A program made the position numbers and the translations under genes. The notes below the pieces were generated by a model. It had not been told where the DNA came from and did not search any database. It saw only the letters and a list, made by a program, of their open reading frames with translations. A stretch of 64,000 bases of DNA from Oikopleura dioica (taxonomy: Eukaryota; Animalia; Chordata): contig OU015566.1 in NCBI GenBank assembly GCA_907165135.1, forward strand, positions 7,564,001 through 7,628,000, given 5' to 3'. Shown here piece by piece: positions 1 through 12,151 of the stretch; position 1 is the first letter of the stretch, and every line of letters starts with the position of its first letter.

Positions 1-742
1 AACTTCACTTTCGATGGTAGCCATTCTTGGTCTTCGGGTACTCTTCGTTGATTCCCGGTGAAAACCTCTTTCTTGATTTTTTGAAGAATCGGGGGTTTGA
101 AGGCAAACAGCTATCTTTTGGGAAAAAAAGAAGATGTGTTTTTAATTATTGGTATAAGTTTCTGGCGCACAAGGCAATCAGGGAAGACGAAGAGGGAATC
201 GTCCAATGCGCCTCGCCCGAGTCTCAGCAGCGCCGGAGTGTGTTCGCCAGCGAGCGCCGCGGAGAGACCCCCAAAAACAATGATGGCGAGAAATTGAAAG
301 AACTTGAATTATCGTAGTTTTGAATGTTTATTAGAAGCTTTTCACTCTTTCGATTATTATCAGCAGGTTTCCTAAAATTTAAAAGAAAGAAAAAAAGAGT
401 CTAACTTAGCAAAAGCGTTTTGAAGACTGACTGTCACAGTACAGACTGTAACCACTGTGGTTACAACGTCGAGTCGTGTTGAGGAACTTTAATTATCATT
501 AATTATTGCTTATAAATTATAAGTTATAATCAAAAACTTTTAGTTACAAAATTTGGCCGATTTCCGGCATATTCGGATAAAGACAGACATTCGAATCGGA
601 ATTACAGTTGAGTTATTTCAGGTGCTTAATCAGTTATTTTGAGAAGTACCAATTAAAACTTACATAATCACTTAGATTGCCAAAGATTTTAATTGAAGCT
701 TAAAATAATCCGGTTCAATTTATATCGTCAGACACTCGCAGT

Positions 743-1055
743 CAGGGTTCGGTAATTTGAGCTCAAGCTAAAACTCATTTTGGCTAGACGCTCAAATTTC
801 CTCAAATTGAGAACTCAAAGTGACTTGAGAAATCATTTTGAGAAGATTTGAGATTTTGAGTTTTTGGGAGATTTGAGAGTTTTGAGTTTTCAAAACTCAA
901 ATTAAGCGAGCGCTTCCTTGATTGGCTCATGGATCGCCAGAATTGATTTCTCACGTGAGCTCTCATCTCTGAGTTCTCAAAACTCAAATTAAAAAACGTG
1001 AGTCTCAAGCTTTGTTTCCTTGAGTTTTAGCGTGAGCTCAAATTACCGAACCCTG
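743..1055. mobile_element. hAT-like MITE (313 bp)
   Basis: TIR CAGGGTTCGGTAATTTGAGCTCA... at 743 matches its reverse complement ending at 1055. 8-bp TSD CTCGCAGT at 735-742 and 1056-1063. The interior is built of short TGAGTTTT/AAACTCA repeats. Confidence 0.92.
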
Positions 1056-4000
1056 CTCGCAGTTAGAATTCTTCTATTTTATTTGGATCTCAAGATGAAT
1101 ATAGGAATGTTCTTTGAATGAGCGAGTTCTTTCTGAAAGAATTTACGATTGCTGAAAACAATTTTCCTAAATGTTAAAATGATAATGCCGTCATGCGATG
1201 TCATTTGATGATCTCCGGGCACCTGAAAGTTGTTAATAATTGTCGCTAATACGAGATTTACGCGCCAGGGTTGTACCATTTGCACATCTGACTCGCCACT
1301 GCTCAGTATTAGAAAATCGTCAAGAATTGCCGAGCTCAGCTATTTCCGCTTTAATAGCTAAAATGAAAGCTTAGTTAATTGAATAAATATAAAATTTAAT
1401 GAACTCCTTTCCTGTCCAACTTATTAATAAAAACATTAACTGATGTATTGGCAATTTAATATCGTAAATGAAAGGTAACAAAATAATGGTATTATTAATA
1501 ATAACGATTTAGTATTCATGGGATCTCAGGCCCTTCATTTCAGGATTTTATTTTAATAACATTTCAAATAAAGCTCCTGGAGAGTAATTCCTGAGAACCG
1601 GTTCGCGTGTTCCCAAACGATTCCGTCCTTAGAACAGTGTAATTCCAGCGATATAAAGCTTTAGGGGGCTTATGCTCGAGTTTGGGTTCGGATCATAACT
1701 GTCAGCGCGCGGCGCCTTGGGCACACGCGCGTTCGGGATCTTCATCTTCAAAAAGTGTTTTTGTTTGTCGTGAACTTGGCGCAAGTTCCACCGCTGAATC
1801 CGGCCATAAATCATTCAAGAAACTGTTAGTTTGTTATCCAAAACTTATTTGCATTATTTGAAGATACACTCTTAGAAATGCGCGCGTTTCTCCAAGATTG
1901 TCTAAGCTCGATAGAAGCGATTCAATCAGTCAAAAAGTTCTATCAGAAGCGTGACAGAAGTAAGCCAAGGTACTCCCCTTATTCGATAGCTACTGTCATT
2001 TGATGGGTATCATTTCCTCGAGCATTTTTGCAGGTCCTACCTTTTGCGTACTTTTCGCCTCGTAAATCGCGCGACATTAATGGCCCCAGGGCTGTGACTC
2101 TCTGAGCGGCACCAGCACAACTCAAATTAGGCTCAAAGCGGCACACGCTAATCCGTTCAGCAGTAAATTTTCAACGTGAAAATGGGCCTAGAGCAATAAT
2201 GGCCGGAATTTATTGCAGGAAGCGTCAAATACCCTTTCTGTCAATCAAATTGCTCGGGCTGAGCATCAGATCATGCTATTTTTGTGAAGTATTGTCGAGC
2301 TTTTTCCACGAGGGCAGCTCGGGTTGTTCATCAATGGGATAAGGGTTACTTGATGATTGCGAGGTTAAAATATGCTAAATAATGACAACATCACAACGTC
2401 ACGCACCTTTTCCCTTTCGTACTTTTCTAAGTGCTTAATTATCGCATCCGTACTGATGTAGTGTGATGCTATCCGCAGTTTTCCTCGCTTGGCAGCACAA
2501 TCGAACATACAATCATAAAATATGACGACATGATTTTATAAACAATATCAAAGAAGAATGTAATGTATCAAAACTGCCTCTGACATTTTGAATAACTCAT
2601 GAGCGCGTTAATTGCTGGAAATGAGAGTGCACACAAAGATCAATGGTCTGTAATGCTCTCTAACGAGGCTAACTCACACCCAGCTGAGTTTGAGCGTTGC
2701 CCCTCAAGCAATTTGCCCGTTGCGGGCACACATGGAACTTGTTGCAAAATGTTCCTCCTGGTCCTCGTAAACCTGCTTCAAAATAAAGGTCAGCCTGGAG
2801 AACACGCCTGGAGCGTTGTTTGGCCGCTCTCTTTGATCCAAGCAAAAAGCCGGAAGCGGAAAAGTGATTTGATCAAGCCGAAATTTTATAAAGTGTATCC
2901 AAATGCACATGGGAAATCGTAACTTATGCCACATCCAAAAAAGTAGAACAAGCAAGCACGGTAAATATTCACATTCCACCAAAGAAAAGTTGAAATTCAT
3001 ATTTCAGGAGTAAAGAATCGTAATTTCTTTCCTTTTAATTTTGACTCAGGGACCCTGAGTCAGGTTCCTGATCCGTGCTTTCGCGGCCCTGATTTGTCTT
3101 ATCGGTCTGTTTCAGAGCACAGATGCAACCCCCTCTCATGATCATTTCCTGGCCACGAAAACATGTGTCTCCCATTAGAGCAATTCAAATAGTAAATGTG
3201 ATCATAATATCGATATTAAAAATGTTGACCTTTTCGAGGACGAAGATTTTTGGGAAGGAAGTGGAGGAGATGCGATTATTGCCTGAGAAGTCCGTCGATG
3301 GCGCCAGTTTGACAAGACGACGGCGATGGAAGACGAAAACGGTACGTTGATAGTAGTCAAATTGCATCCTCGCTGTTTCCGAAGCGATCAGGAGATACAG
3401 TCAGGCGCTAGTTTCCTCGCTCGAGGAAAAAAAAAGAAATCGCTGGAAAAAAGTCGCTTTTTGATTTTATGCCCGCAGATGAGCGCTAAAGTAGGTTTTA
3501 TCTTGTTCAGCTGTAGGAATTATTAATTTTTATGGACCCGATGGTCCCGTCCATAAATCGAATGTACTTAAATCGAGAACGATTATTTCAAAATCGAGCT
3601 TACAACAGCTCAAACCTAAAACATGAAACGTTTTACCTTCATGTTGACTTTTCAGCACATCCGGGTGCTGCCAGCGGCCATCAGTTAATCTTATATTCTA
3701 TCTTCTAATAGCCGCCCATTTACACAATTAACTTTTCCCAGCATCGCCTCAATTTACGCCCAAGCTTCCGCTTGTGGCTCCATCGGAAACGTCGGGTAAT
3801 ATCTCATAACTTTGTTCGAACCGTAATTATTATAACTTGTCCGCAGTTTCGAAGCGTTAACTGCTCTTTATCGTCATTTGTTAGTGATTATTCAAAGCAC
3901 ACAATTGTAAATTTACAAAGATAAATCGATCACCAAGTCAACTAAGGAGCAATAACAGTGTATAAATTCAAAAAAGGACGCCGCAGCCGAGTCCCAAAGT

Positions 4001-5579
4001 GGAACAAGTCTCAAAGATAAAATGAATATTCACTCAAGCGCGATTGTGAGAAAATTAATCAAAAACAGAAAAATTGCAAGCTGGAAGTAATGAATGGCAA
4101 AAAGGCGAAAAGTGAAGGCCCGCAATTTTGTGTGCCCAAATGACCAAATGACAAATGGCGGATGCGTTATCAAGCGCCATTGAGGTCAGCTATCAAATGC
4201 TGCGGCGCAGGTACTTCCGAGTAAGAAGACACAAATGCGACCGCTAAGGCAGAAGGCATTTGTCAAGAATATCACCAGATTTCTTGCCAAGGAATTTTAT
4301 AACGGCTAGATCCATTAAAACTTGCTCGTTACAAACAGGGCTCATCCAGCGAATCAATCAAAATGTGATTTTGGCAGGGCAGATGATCGCCGCCTCATTC
4401 CAAAAAATCTCCATCATTTTCGATCATTTCGCGCCAAAATCATTGTTGGATAAAAAAAAGGTGCCGAGGAAATGGCACCTTACCGGATCGCTGCGAATCC
4501 ATCAAGAGGCCCGTTTCCGGATTTATCGAAAAATTAAAAAAAAATACCAAAAAATCAATCAACTCGATATGGCTTTGATTTCAACAAGAAGCTTACATCT
4601 TTAAGTCGTAAAAGATTGACTGTATGTGATTTACAGTATGCAAATTACAGTTTTAGGCAAACTTGTGGCGAAGGGTGTAGCGTGGTTATCAGAACTACAC
4701 ATGATAAAAATCTGCTTTAAAAATCATTAAAGACAATTAAGACCAAGCTGTGTGGCATGGAAAGTAGACGGAAGGAAGAGTGTATATCAGGGCTTCAGAG
4801 TTATAGCTTCCGCTGGTACGAGAGCGAGGTCTAAAAAGTACTTCATTAGGATGCTGGGCGAATGATAAAATTGGACATTTACAGCGCCCTAGAGATTAGT
4901 AGGTTACCGTAAACAAGGGTTAAAGGATTTCCGATGAGCGATCAACGCTTCGAGGGAGAGAACGACAAGTGAAATTACCATCATTTCTTTTGGTTCGGAA
5001 TTCTGCTCTTCTGGATGACGCTGGTAGATTCCCAGCTGTGTCATTGAAATGTTATAATGTCACAGATGTTCAGATAAAGTGTCCTTATGACTGCGAAAGG
5101 ACGATTTTAGCGTTCGTTAACCTTCATGAAATTTACCTTTTCAGATAAACGCAGTGCTGGGCCGGCGCTTTCGTGGAATCTTTCAATTACAGTAACCGGA
5201 TGACAGTAATGAAAATTCATCTTGTTTGTGGCTGAGAAAATCGAGTTAAAAGGGCATTAGATGAAACAGCTGAAAGTTAAGGCGCTTGACGATGTAGACT
5301 CGTTTCATCCCTTGGTTATTCAAATTTAGGATCAGATCAGATCGGCGAGCATAAATTCTTCTATGATAGATGTTCTATAGAGAAGATCTGACGAATTAAA
5401 TTATCCTGTTCGTAGCACTTTCACACACTCAAGCGTGACTATATTAAAAGCGTAAGCGCAATTTATCGCCTAAGCGATAGGTTAAAATGTAACGAGATGG
5501 AATACTCTATATATCTGCTGAATAAAAATACTTTATCCATCCTGTGTTTAAAAAGGGACTTGATTAATTGTCGAAGAGA

Positions 5580-5778
5580 GGGCTTATCATTCGGGCCTAT
5601 GATTCGAGCCATCCAATATCTCTAAAATCTGAGCTAATGATTAGGGTTAGGGACTGGGAACTCTTAAGGGGGGTCCGGGGGGCGAAGCCCCCCTGGTTTA
5701 GGCCTTAGGTGGGGGGTACCGGGGGGCGTAGCCCCCTGGGTTAGGTTTAGGCTTAGGGGCAGCCCGAATGATAACCCC
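5580..5778. mobile_element. MITE-like element with telomere-like repeats and two GC hairpins
   Basis: 17-bp inverted repeat with 1 mismatch (GGGCTTATCATTCGGGC / GCCCGAATGATAACCCC). Interior has TTAGGGTTAGGG, TTAGG variants and two GGGGGGCG(A/T)AGCCCCC hairpins. No clear TSD. Confidence 0.6.
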
Positions 5779-7187
5779 CTACTACCTTAATTCTGATGAT
5801 TGTGTTGAAGTGTCGGCTTAGCTTCGTCAGAGTAATGATTACGACATGATTTTGAAAGTATGAATATTCTTTTTACGAATCCCATATATCCACTCGTGAA
5901 AAGAAGACGATGCTTTTGCTATAATCGCTTGTAAATATTTGACTTTTTTGTTGCATTTATCGAGTGCTATGATTGAAAGCTGACAGTATCATTTACGATT
6001 AGTGATTCTTTCGTCTTCAGCAGTACGCGTGGAATTTGTCTAATTTTCATAAAAAAAGAATGCCGGTCGCGATGAATTTCTTTATTAATTTTGATTAGGC
6101 ACGATCATTTTTTGGCCCTTGACAGGTGATAGTGTGACAGTCGGATTTCCCATCGGAAGTACGTAGGTTATTGAGTGCCTAAATCATAACTGCGATCATA
6201 ACTGCGATAATCGCAAAGTTAACCGATGATCGATGGCCGGGAATCGGACTTGCGCTTTCAATAAGGATAAGAAGCTGATTCGGGACCACCAGCAAGATTC
6301 CCCGAGAAAGATTTTGAAATCAACGATGACTTCCTTTCACTACCGCATCAATCTCGCCAGAAAATGACCCGCTTTTTTTGCTTTTGATATTTTTATTCGT
6401 TTCGGGGCATATTTTTGTAATATTCACAGTTGACTAGTAATATTAGTAGTAATGGCCATCCCCCTCTCGGGAAGAGTTTTTATTATTCTAGTTGAGTGGT
6501 TAATTATTACCTCCATCTCCAAGTTCTACACCACTAATTGGCACCAACGTCAAGCTCAACACCAGTTATTTACAGCCATCTGGCATGGTTGAATAAACAA
6601 GAGCCCGTTATCATATAAAATGATTCTCATGATGTCATAAACGTATATTACAGATGATAAAATTTTTTTCAGGATCTTAAAAATCTTTCCAGCATTTTTG
6701 AGACGTCAACAAGCCAGTGCATTGTCAATAAATTTAAAATAAATGGAGAAGATGATTAGGGTAATCATTGATTTCGACATTTTTTCGCGGAGATTCTATT
6801 TGCCAATCGAGTAGAAATATATTCGAAACCAAACTCATAAACGTCATTTTCTGTTGGTCACAGGCTATATATTTGGATAAAATTAGCTGATAAAGACTTT
6901 CATCATGATTAAATATGAGAGACGATATGAAGCAGTCCGGTTCTCTCGTAGAGTTATCCTGTAAATATATTTTGAAGCTCTCTCATACCCTCAGGAATTT
7001 AGAATTCCCCATGAAAGTCATGCTTTACAAGGTCTTTCTATCATGCTAATAACCTCAGGCAAAAGATCAACCGAGGTTGAAAGAAGTAGAAAACTATATT
7101 TCCTTGCCAAAGATATACCTCTGCTTCCCGATTGAAGGCACCTCAATTCAAGGCAAAAATTTCGGAAATCCTGCATCCTGCCAATTA

Positions 7188-7748
7188 TTATTTAAGGCAC
7201 ATTTTCTCGCGATAAATTTTATTGGCACAAAATTTCAAGTTCATTTTTTGTAAAGAATGATTTGATAGAAACTTGCGTAGATCTTTTCTCTTTTTCGCCT
7301 TGAGTGTGAGTGTTGGCCTGTTTTCATCTAAAAGATTTTTAAATAAACCAATTCTCGTTATGACTGACCTCATCTTGATGAAAACTTTCGCTTTCTCTCG
7401 TATGGCGATCTGCGCATAAACATATTTGAATTTTAAAGCGGAGTCGACGATTTTAAAACTGAAGAACGTATTTTCCAAATCACATGCCACTAGTTTGAAA
7501 TAATACGGATCCGTAGTGATGGATCTGAATGCTGATCCACTGAATGGAAGCATCATAACTGTTTCTACGTTGCTTCCTTCCGTTAAGCAAATTCCATTGT
7601 AATTAATCTTGAGTATGTGTGGTGATTTAAGAATATTTTCTGTGATGCCTCCAATTTGATAGATTCCAACTTCATAAATCGAGTCTCTCTTCAAAGTGAT
7701 GTTAGGCAATTTAAGCTCTGAGCTCTTTGACAAAAGGTTGACGATCAT
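7188..7748 (-). CDS. Left-arm ORF, 186 aa: putative penton-like ORF1 fused to ORF2 by a 14-bp deletion
   Basis: Intronless ORF identical to 8108-8500 up to QIAIRE, then continuing in the frame of the downstream ORF (MRSVITRIGLF...). Confidence 0.6.
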   Translation of the reverse strand: MIVNLLSKSSELKLPNITLKRDSIYEVGIYQIGGITENILKSPHILKINYNGICLTEGSNVETVMMLPFSGSAFRSITTDPYYFKLVACDLENTFFSFKIVDSALKFKYVYAQIAIREKAKVFIKMRSVITRIGLFKNLLDENRPTLTLKAKKRKDLRKFLSNHSLQKMNLKFCANKIYREKMCLK

Positions 7749-8107
7749 TTTGAATAAAAATAAAAGTTCAGTTTCTATTTATAGCCAAAGTTTATAGCCT
7801 GGGGGCTAAAATGTTAAAACCCTTTTTCCACTACGACTTGCAGTTTCCTGTTGAGTTTCTTAACCATGGACTTATCATTCGCTCAGTCATCCGCCGAAGT
7901 AAAAAAACAAAAGAAACATCAGAGACTGTGCACAATCATACCAACAGTCGAATGACAACGATGCGGCGGATGACTGAGCGAATGATAAGTCCGTGGTTAA
8001 GAAACTCAACAGGAAACTGCAAGTTTAAACATTAGGTTTTAACATTTTAGCCCCCAGGCTATAAACTTTGGCTATAAATAGAAACTGAACTTTTATTTTT
8101 ATTCAAA

Positions 8108-8500
8108 ATGATCGTCAACCTTTTGTCAAAGAGCTCAGAGCTTAAATTGCCTAACATCACTTTGAAGAGAGACTCGATTTATGAAGTTGGAATCTATCAA
8201 ATTGGAGGCATCACAGAAAATATTCTTAAATCACCACACATACTCAAGATTAATTACAATGGAATTTGCTTAACGGAAGGAAGCAACGTAGAAACAGTTA
8301 TGATGCTTCCATTCAGTGGATCAGCATTCAGATCCATCACTACGGATCCGTATTATTTCAAACTAGTGGCATGTGATTTGGAAAATACGTTCTTCAGTTT
8401 TAAAATCGTCGACTCCGCTTTAAAATTCAAATATGTTTATGCGCAGATCGCCATACGAGAGATAGAACAATCAAAAAAGCGAAAGTTTTCATCAAGATGA
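8108..8500 (+). CDS. Right-arm ORF1, 130 aa: putative minimal single jelly-roll minor capsid (penton)-like protein
   Basis: Intronless ORF. ITLKRDSIYEVGIYQI and the C-terminal PYYFKL...FKIVD...YAQIAIR resemble recalled Polinton penton motifs. The stop overlaps the next ATG (ATGA, 8497-8500). The function call is inference. Confidence 0.45.
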   Translation: MIVNLLSKSSELKLPNITLKRDSIYEVGIYQIGGITENILKSPHILKINYNGICLTEGSNVETVMMLPFSGSAFRSITTDPYYFKLVACDLENTFFSFKIVDSALKFKYVYAQIAIREIEQSKKRKFSSR

Positions 8501-9598
8501 GGTCAGTCATAACGAGAATTGGTTTATTTAAAAATCTTTTAGATGAAAACAGGCCAACACTCACACTCAAGGCGAAAAAGAGAAAAGATCTACGCAAGTT
8601 TCTATCAAATCATTCTTTACAAAAATGAACTTGAAATTTTGTGCCAATAAAATTTATCGCGAGAAAATGTGCCTTAAATAATAATTGGCAGGATGCAGGA
8701 TTTCCGAAATTTTTGCCTTGAATTGAGGTGCCTTCAATCGGGAAGCAGAGGTATATCTTTGGCAAGGAAATATAGTTTTCTACTTCTTTCAACCTCGGTT
8801 GATCTTTTGCCTGAGGTTATTAGCATGATAGAAAGACCTTGTAAAGCATGACTTTCATGGGGAATTCTAAATTCCTGAGGGTATGAGAGAGCTTCAAAAT
8901 ATATTTACAGGATAACTCTACGAGAGAACCGGACTGCTTCATATCGTCTCTCATATTTAATCATGATGAAAGTCTTTATCAGCTAATTTTATCCAAATAT
9001 ATAGCCTGTGACCAACAGAAAATGACGTTTATGAGTTTGGTTTCGAATATATTTCTACTCGATTGGCAAATAGAATCTCCGCGAAAAAATGTCGAAATCA
9101 ATGATTACCCTAATCATCTTCTCCATTTATTTTAAATTTATTGACAATGCACTGGCTTGTTGACGTCTCAAAAATGCTGGAAAGATTTTTAAGATCCTGA
9201 AAAATTTTATCATCTGTAATATACGTTTATGACATCATGAGAATCATTTTATATGATAACGGGCTCTTGTTTATTCAACCATGCCAGATGGCTGTAAATA
9301 ACTGGTGTTGAGCTTGACGTTGGTGCCAATTAGTGGTGTAGAACTTGGAGATGGAGGTAATAATTAACCACTCAACTAGAATAATAAAAACTCTTCCCGA
9401 GAGGGGATGGCCATTACTACTAATATTATAATATATAGCAGAAATGACACTGTAGCAAGAAATTGAATATATAGTTTTGTTCTTTTGTTAATTGAAATTG
9501 CACGTTATTTGTGACTTATAATGATAATAATAAAATTATATAGATACGCAAGGAAAAACGAGCTTGGCAGCTCAGAAGAACAGAAAAAGACGAATATC

Positions 9599-11500
9599 CT
9601 AAAATGTTGTTTTTGAAGAGTTGCGGGCAGTTTTGGTGAATTTAGGCTTTCTCGGACGAATCGAGGAGTTTTTCTTTGTCGGCTTGGGCGACGCGGGCTT
9701 TTGTAGTCTGAAAAAGTTATGAAGGATGAAGTTGATGTCACGCCTTACCTGTATTTTTCGTAAGTGTAGAGAGACCCTCCAGAGAGATTAATAAGCTGTC
9801 CGATGATCAACAAGGGAGTCGCTGCAACGCCACCGAATGTGTACATGCCTGAAACACGTGTTAACAAGGCCTTTTTAAAACAGCACGAAATTTCAATAAA
9901 CAAAGTGCAGGATTATGCCACTGCTCCATAATAAGACTCTCAGACTTCGAAAAGGCCGGATTAACTAACCGATAATCGTCGTCAAGGCAGATTTAATGAC
10001 GCCAACGCATGCAGTGGTTAACGCAGAGTTGACCGTTGTGCAGAGGAAGATCGAGTAGCTACAGGCAAAAGTTAAATTTAGAAAATTAAAAGATAAAAGT
10101 GCTTGAGGCTCTCTTGCAAAGGCGCCTTTAACAACAACACCTCTGTTTTACCTGAAAACACAGGCGAAAGAAGTAACAACGCCGAGAGCAAAGAGGAATC
10201 CAGGCTCGCTCCAGTGAGGATAGCTCTTCATCGAGTTGTACTCTCCCGACAAGAAAACGACTGCGAAAACGATTGGGAGGCAGTTGACAGAGTTCACGTA
10301 CAGGATTGTGAGAGTTTTGGCAGAAGAAGTTTTGTACGAGCCGAGCTTGTTGTCGGAACCCATTCGTTGAAGAGTCAGGAGATAGAGAGCCTGAGCAATA
10401 AGATTTGTTTTCATGGTTGTTTAATTTACCTGGGTAAGAACAGAGAGCGATCCGAAAGTGTAGCTCTTGAAGTCAAAATCCAAGTCTCCCTGAGCAGCAG
10501 TAATCGTACCAGCCGTGATCAAAATGATCGCCATGATAATTGAGGAAGTAGTTCGCTGCGGGTAAATGCAAGGTCCGAGGAGAAGAGAAGCAATAGGCAC
10601 GCACCTGAAGTTTGGAAATTCGTCAAAATGGCACGTTTCTAATGTCTCACCTTCTCATTGCATTATACATCGGAATATTCATTCCAGACAAGGCAAACAA
10701 GGCTAGAATGACATTTGAGACGTAGAATAGCGAGAGCATTGACAATTTTTTGCCACGCTCGAGGGTGTAGGCCAGAACGATGTTATCATCAAGTTTACCA
10801 AGTCTTCTGAGCAGCGAGATAAGAGCCGAAAAGAGGGCAAGCTGACTAGATACGGATTTCAAGAGAGAAAAATGAAATTTAAAACTCGTTCAGCTCAAAT
10901 AAATCAAAACATGCATGACTTCAAGTTCTTCCGGCGCACGTTAATTACGTCGCGAAAATAAGCCCAGTGCTTCAGCGCGAAATTGAGAGTGAACATGTTT
11001 TATGCAACTCGGAAAAATTCCAAAAACTTGAAACCCGTTATCAGAAAACCATAAAGTTTGGATAGTGGAACTCCCACGAGTTGAGCACCCACTTATTGAT
11101 AAAGTTCATCGAGCCAGAACATATTCCATAGAAGAGAGCAGTGCCAAAGGCGTATCCAATTTGGCTGAAAAAGGAAAATAAAGGATGATTATTTTTGATA
11201 GAATTATTATCTCAGATAATTTATCTTTCGTTTTTGAATTTTTCACTGACGTTAATCGCGTTTTTATCGCAAATTATCCATGAATATACGCAAAATATAC
11301 CAATTAAAGAAAATTATTCTCGTGATTTATTTTAAGCAATTTTTAATAGATATCAATCAGTAAAGAAGTTATACAAAATTATATAAGATATAATAAATAT
11401 ATATTATATATTTGTGAATAAAATTAAATTTATTGAATAAATTTATTTATTTTAATATTGAAAATGAATTATCCTATTTCAAAGATTACCTGTCCGCCAT
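9599..11500 (-). CDS. Nucleotide-sugar transporter, SLC35D family (multi-exon)
   Basis: Exons encode ALFYGICSGSMNFINKWVL, LSGMNIPMYNAMRR, ALYLLTLQR, YSIFLCTTVNSALTTACVGVIKS and GQLINLSGGSLYTY, with GT-AG introns. ATG at 11500. Confidence 0.85.
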
Positions 11501-12151
11501 TCTTTGAAATCTCGGTCAGTCAGCGCAATCGAAATAGTTTCTCTCTTTATCACGCGAGTTGAAAGTACTTATCAGCACAGGGCAGGGCCGGAGTAATTCG
11601 AGGTGGTGGTGGAGCGCCTTCGCCCGCGGTGCTGCAGCACAATGACGCAACCGGGCAAAAATAGTGCAGAAGTAACCACAATTTTTCCACGCAGAATTTT
11701 CTCTCTTCTTTAAGTTTATGCGGAACAGAGATCCGTCTTTATTTTGCGTAGGAAGGATTTAACGACGTTTTTCCTCTTTTAAAAATGCTAGGAAAAGAAA
11801 TCCGCCTTTGTTTGATGTCTTTTATTTGCTCGTTTTTGCAGATGAGACCTACTAAGTAGATTGTTTTCACGGTAAAAGTCCTGGTACAACGATAGAATCT
11901 GTATCTCGAATTCTGTCAATTTTATGGCATGCGGCATGCGTTTTATTTCATGAAATAATAACACCCAAAAAGTGAATTCTTGATTTTTATAACACCCTGT
12001 AAAATTCGGTCAGGGCATGCACCTGCATTTTATCATCAGAAGATAGCGCTCGAGATCAATTTTATGATTATAAAATGAGGATTGTTGAAAGTATTCACAA
12101 AAAAAACTACAGAAACCACCAGAAAACATTCACAAAGACGCAAAGAAAAAG

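Larger units (their letters stand above)
6445..9421. mobile_element. Palindromic non-autonomous Maverick/Polinton derivative
   Basis: Arms 6445-7896 and 7964-9421 are near-identical inverted copies around a 67-bp spacer. Termini are AGTAGT...ACTACT, flanked by the 6-bp TSD AATATT (6439-6444, 9422-9427). AG/AGT-repeat termini plus a 6-bp TSD are Polinton hallmarks. Confidence 0.8.

Noticed and set aside
802-1008. 68-aa minus-strand ORF
   Set aside because: It lies wholly inside the hAT MITE and translates its internal repeats.
4260-4604. 114-aa ORF
   Set aside because: No recognisable motif, no splice context, and poly-A/T runs; cannot be supported as a gene.
5641-5760. True telomere or chromosome end
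   Set aside because: Only two perfect TTAGGG units, interstitial and enclosed by inverted repeats.
7834-8023. Separate MITE inserted at the palindrome centre
   Set aside because: No TSD flanks the inner stem, so it is treated as part of the arms.
7811-8035. 74-aa ORF across the palindrome centre
   Set aside because: A by-product of the hairpin and spacer sequence, with no protein features.
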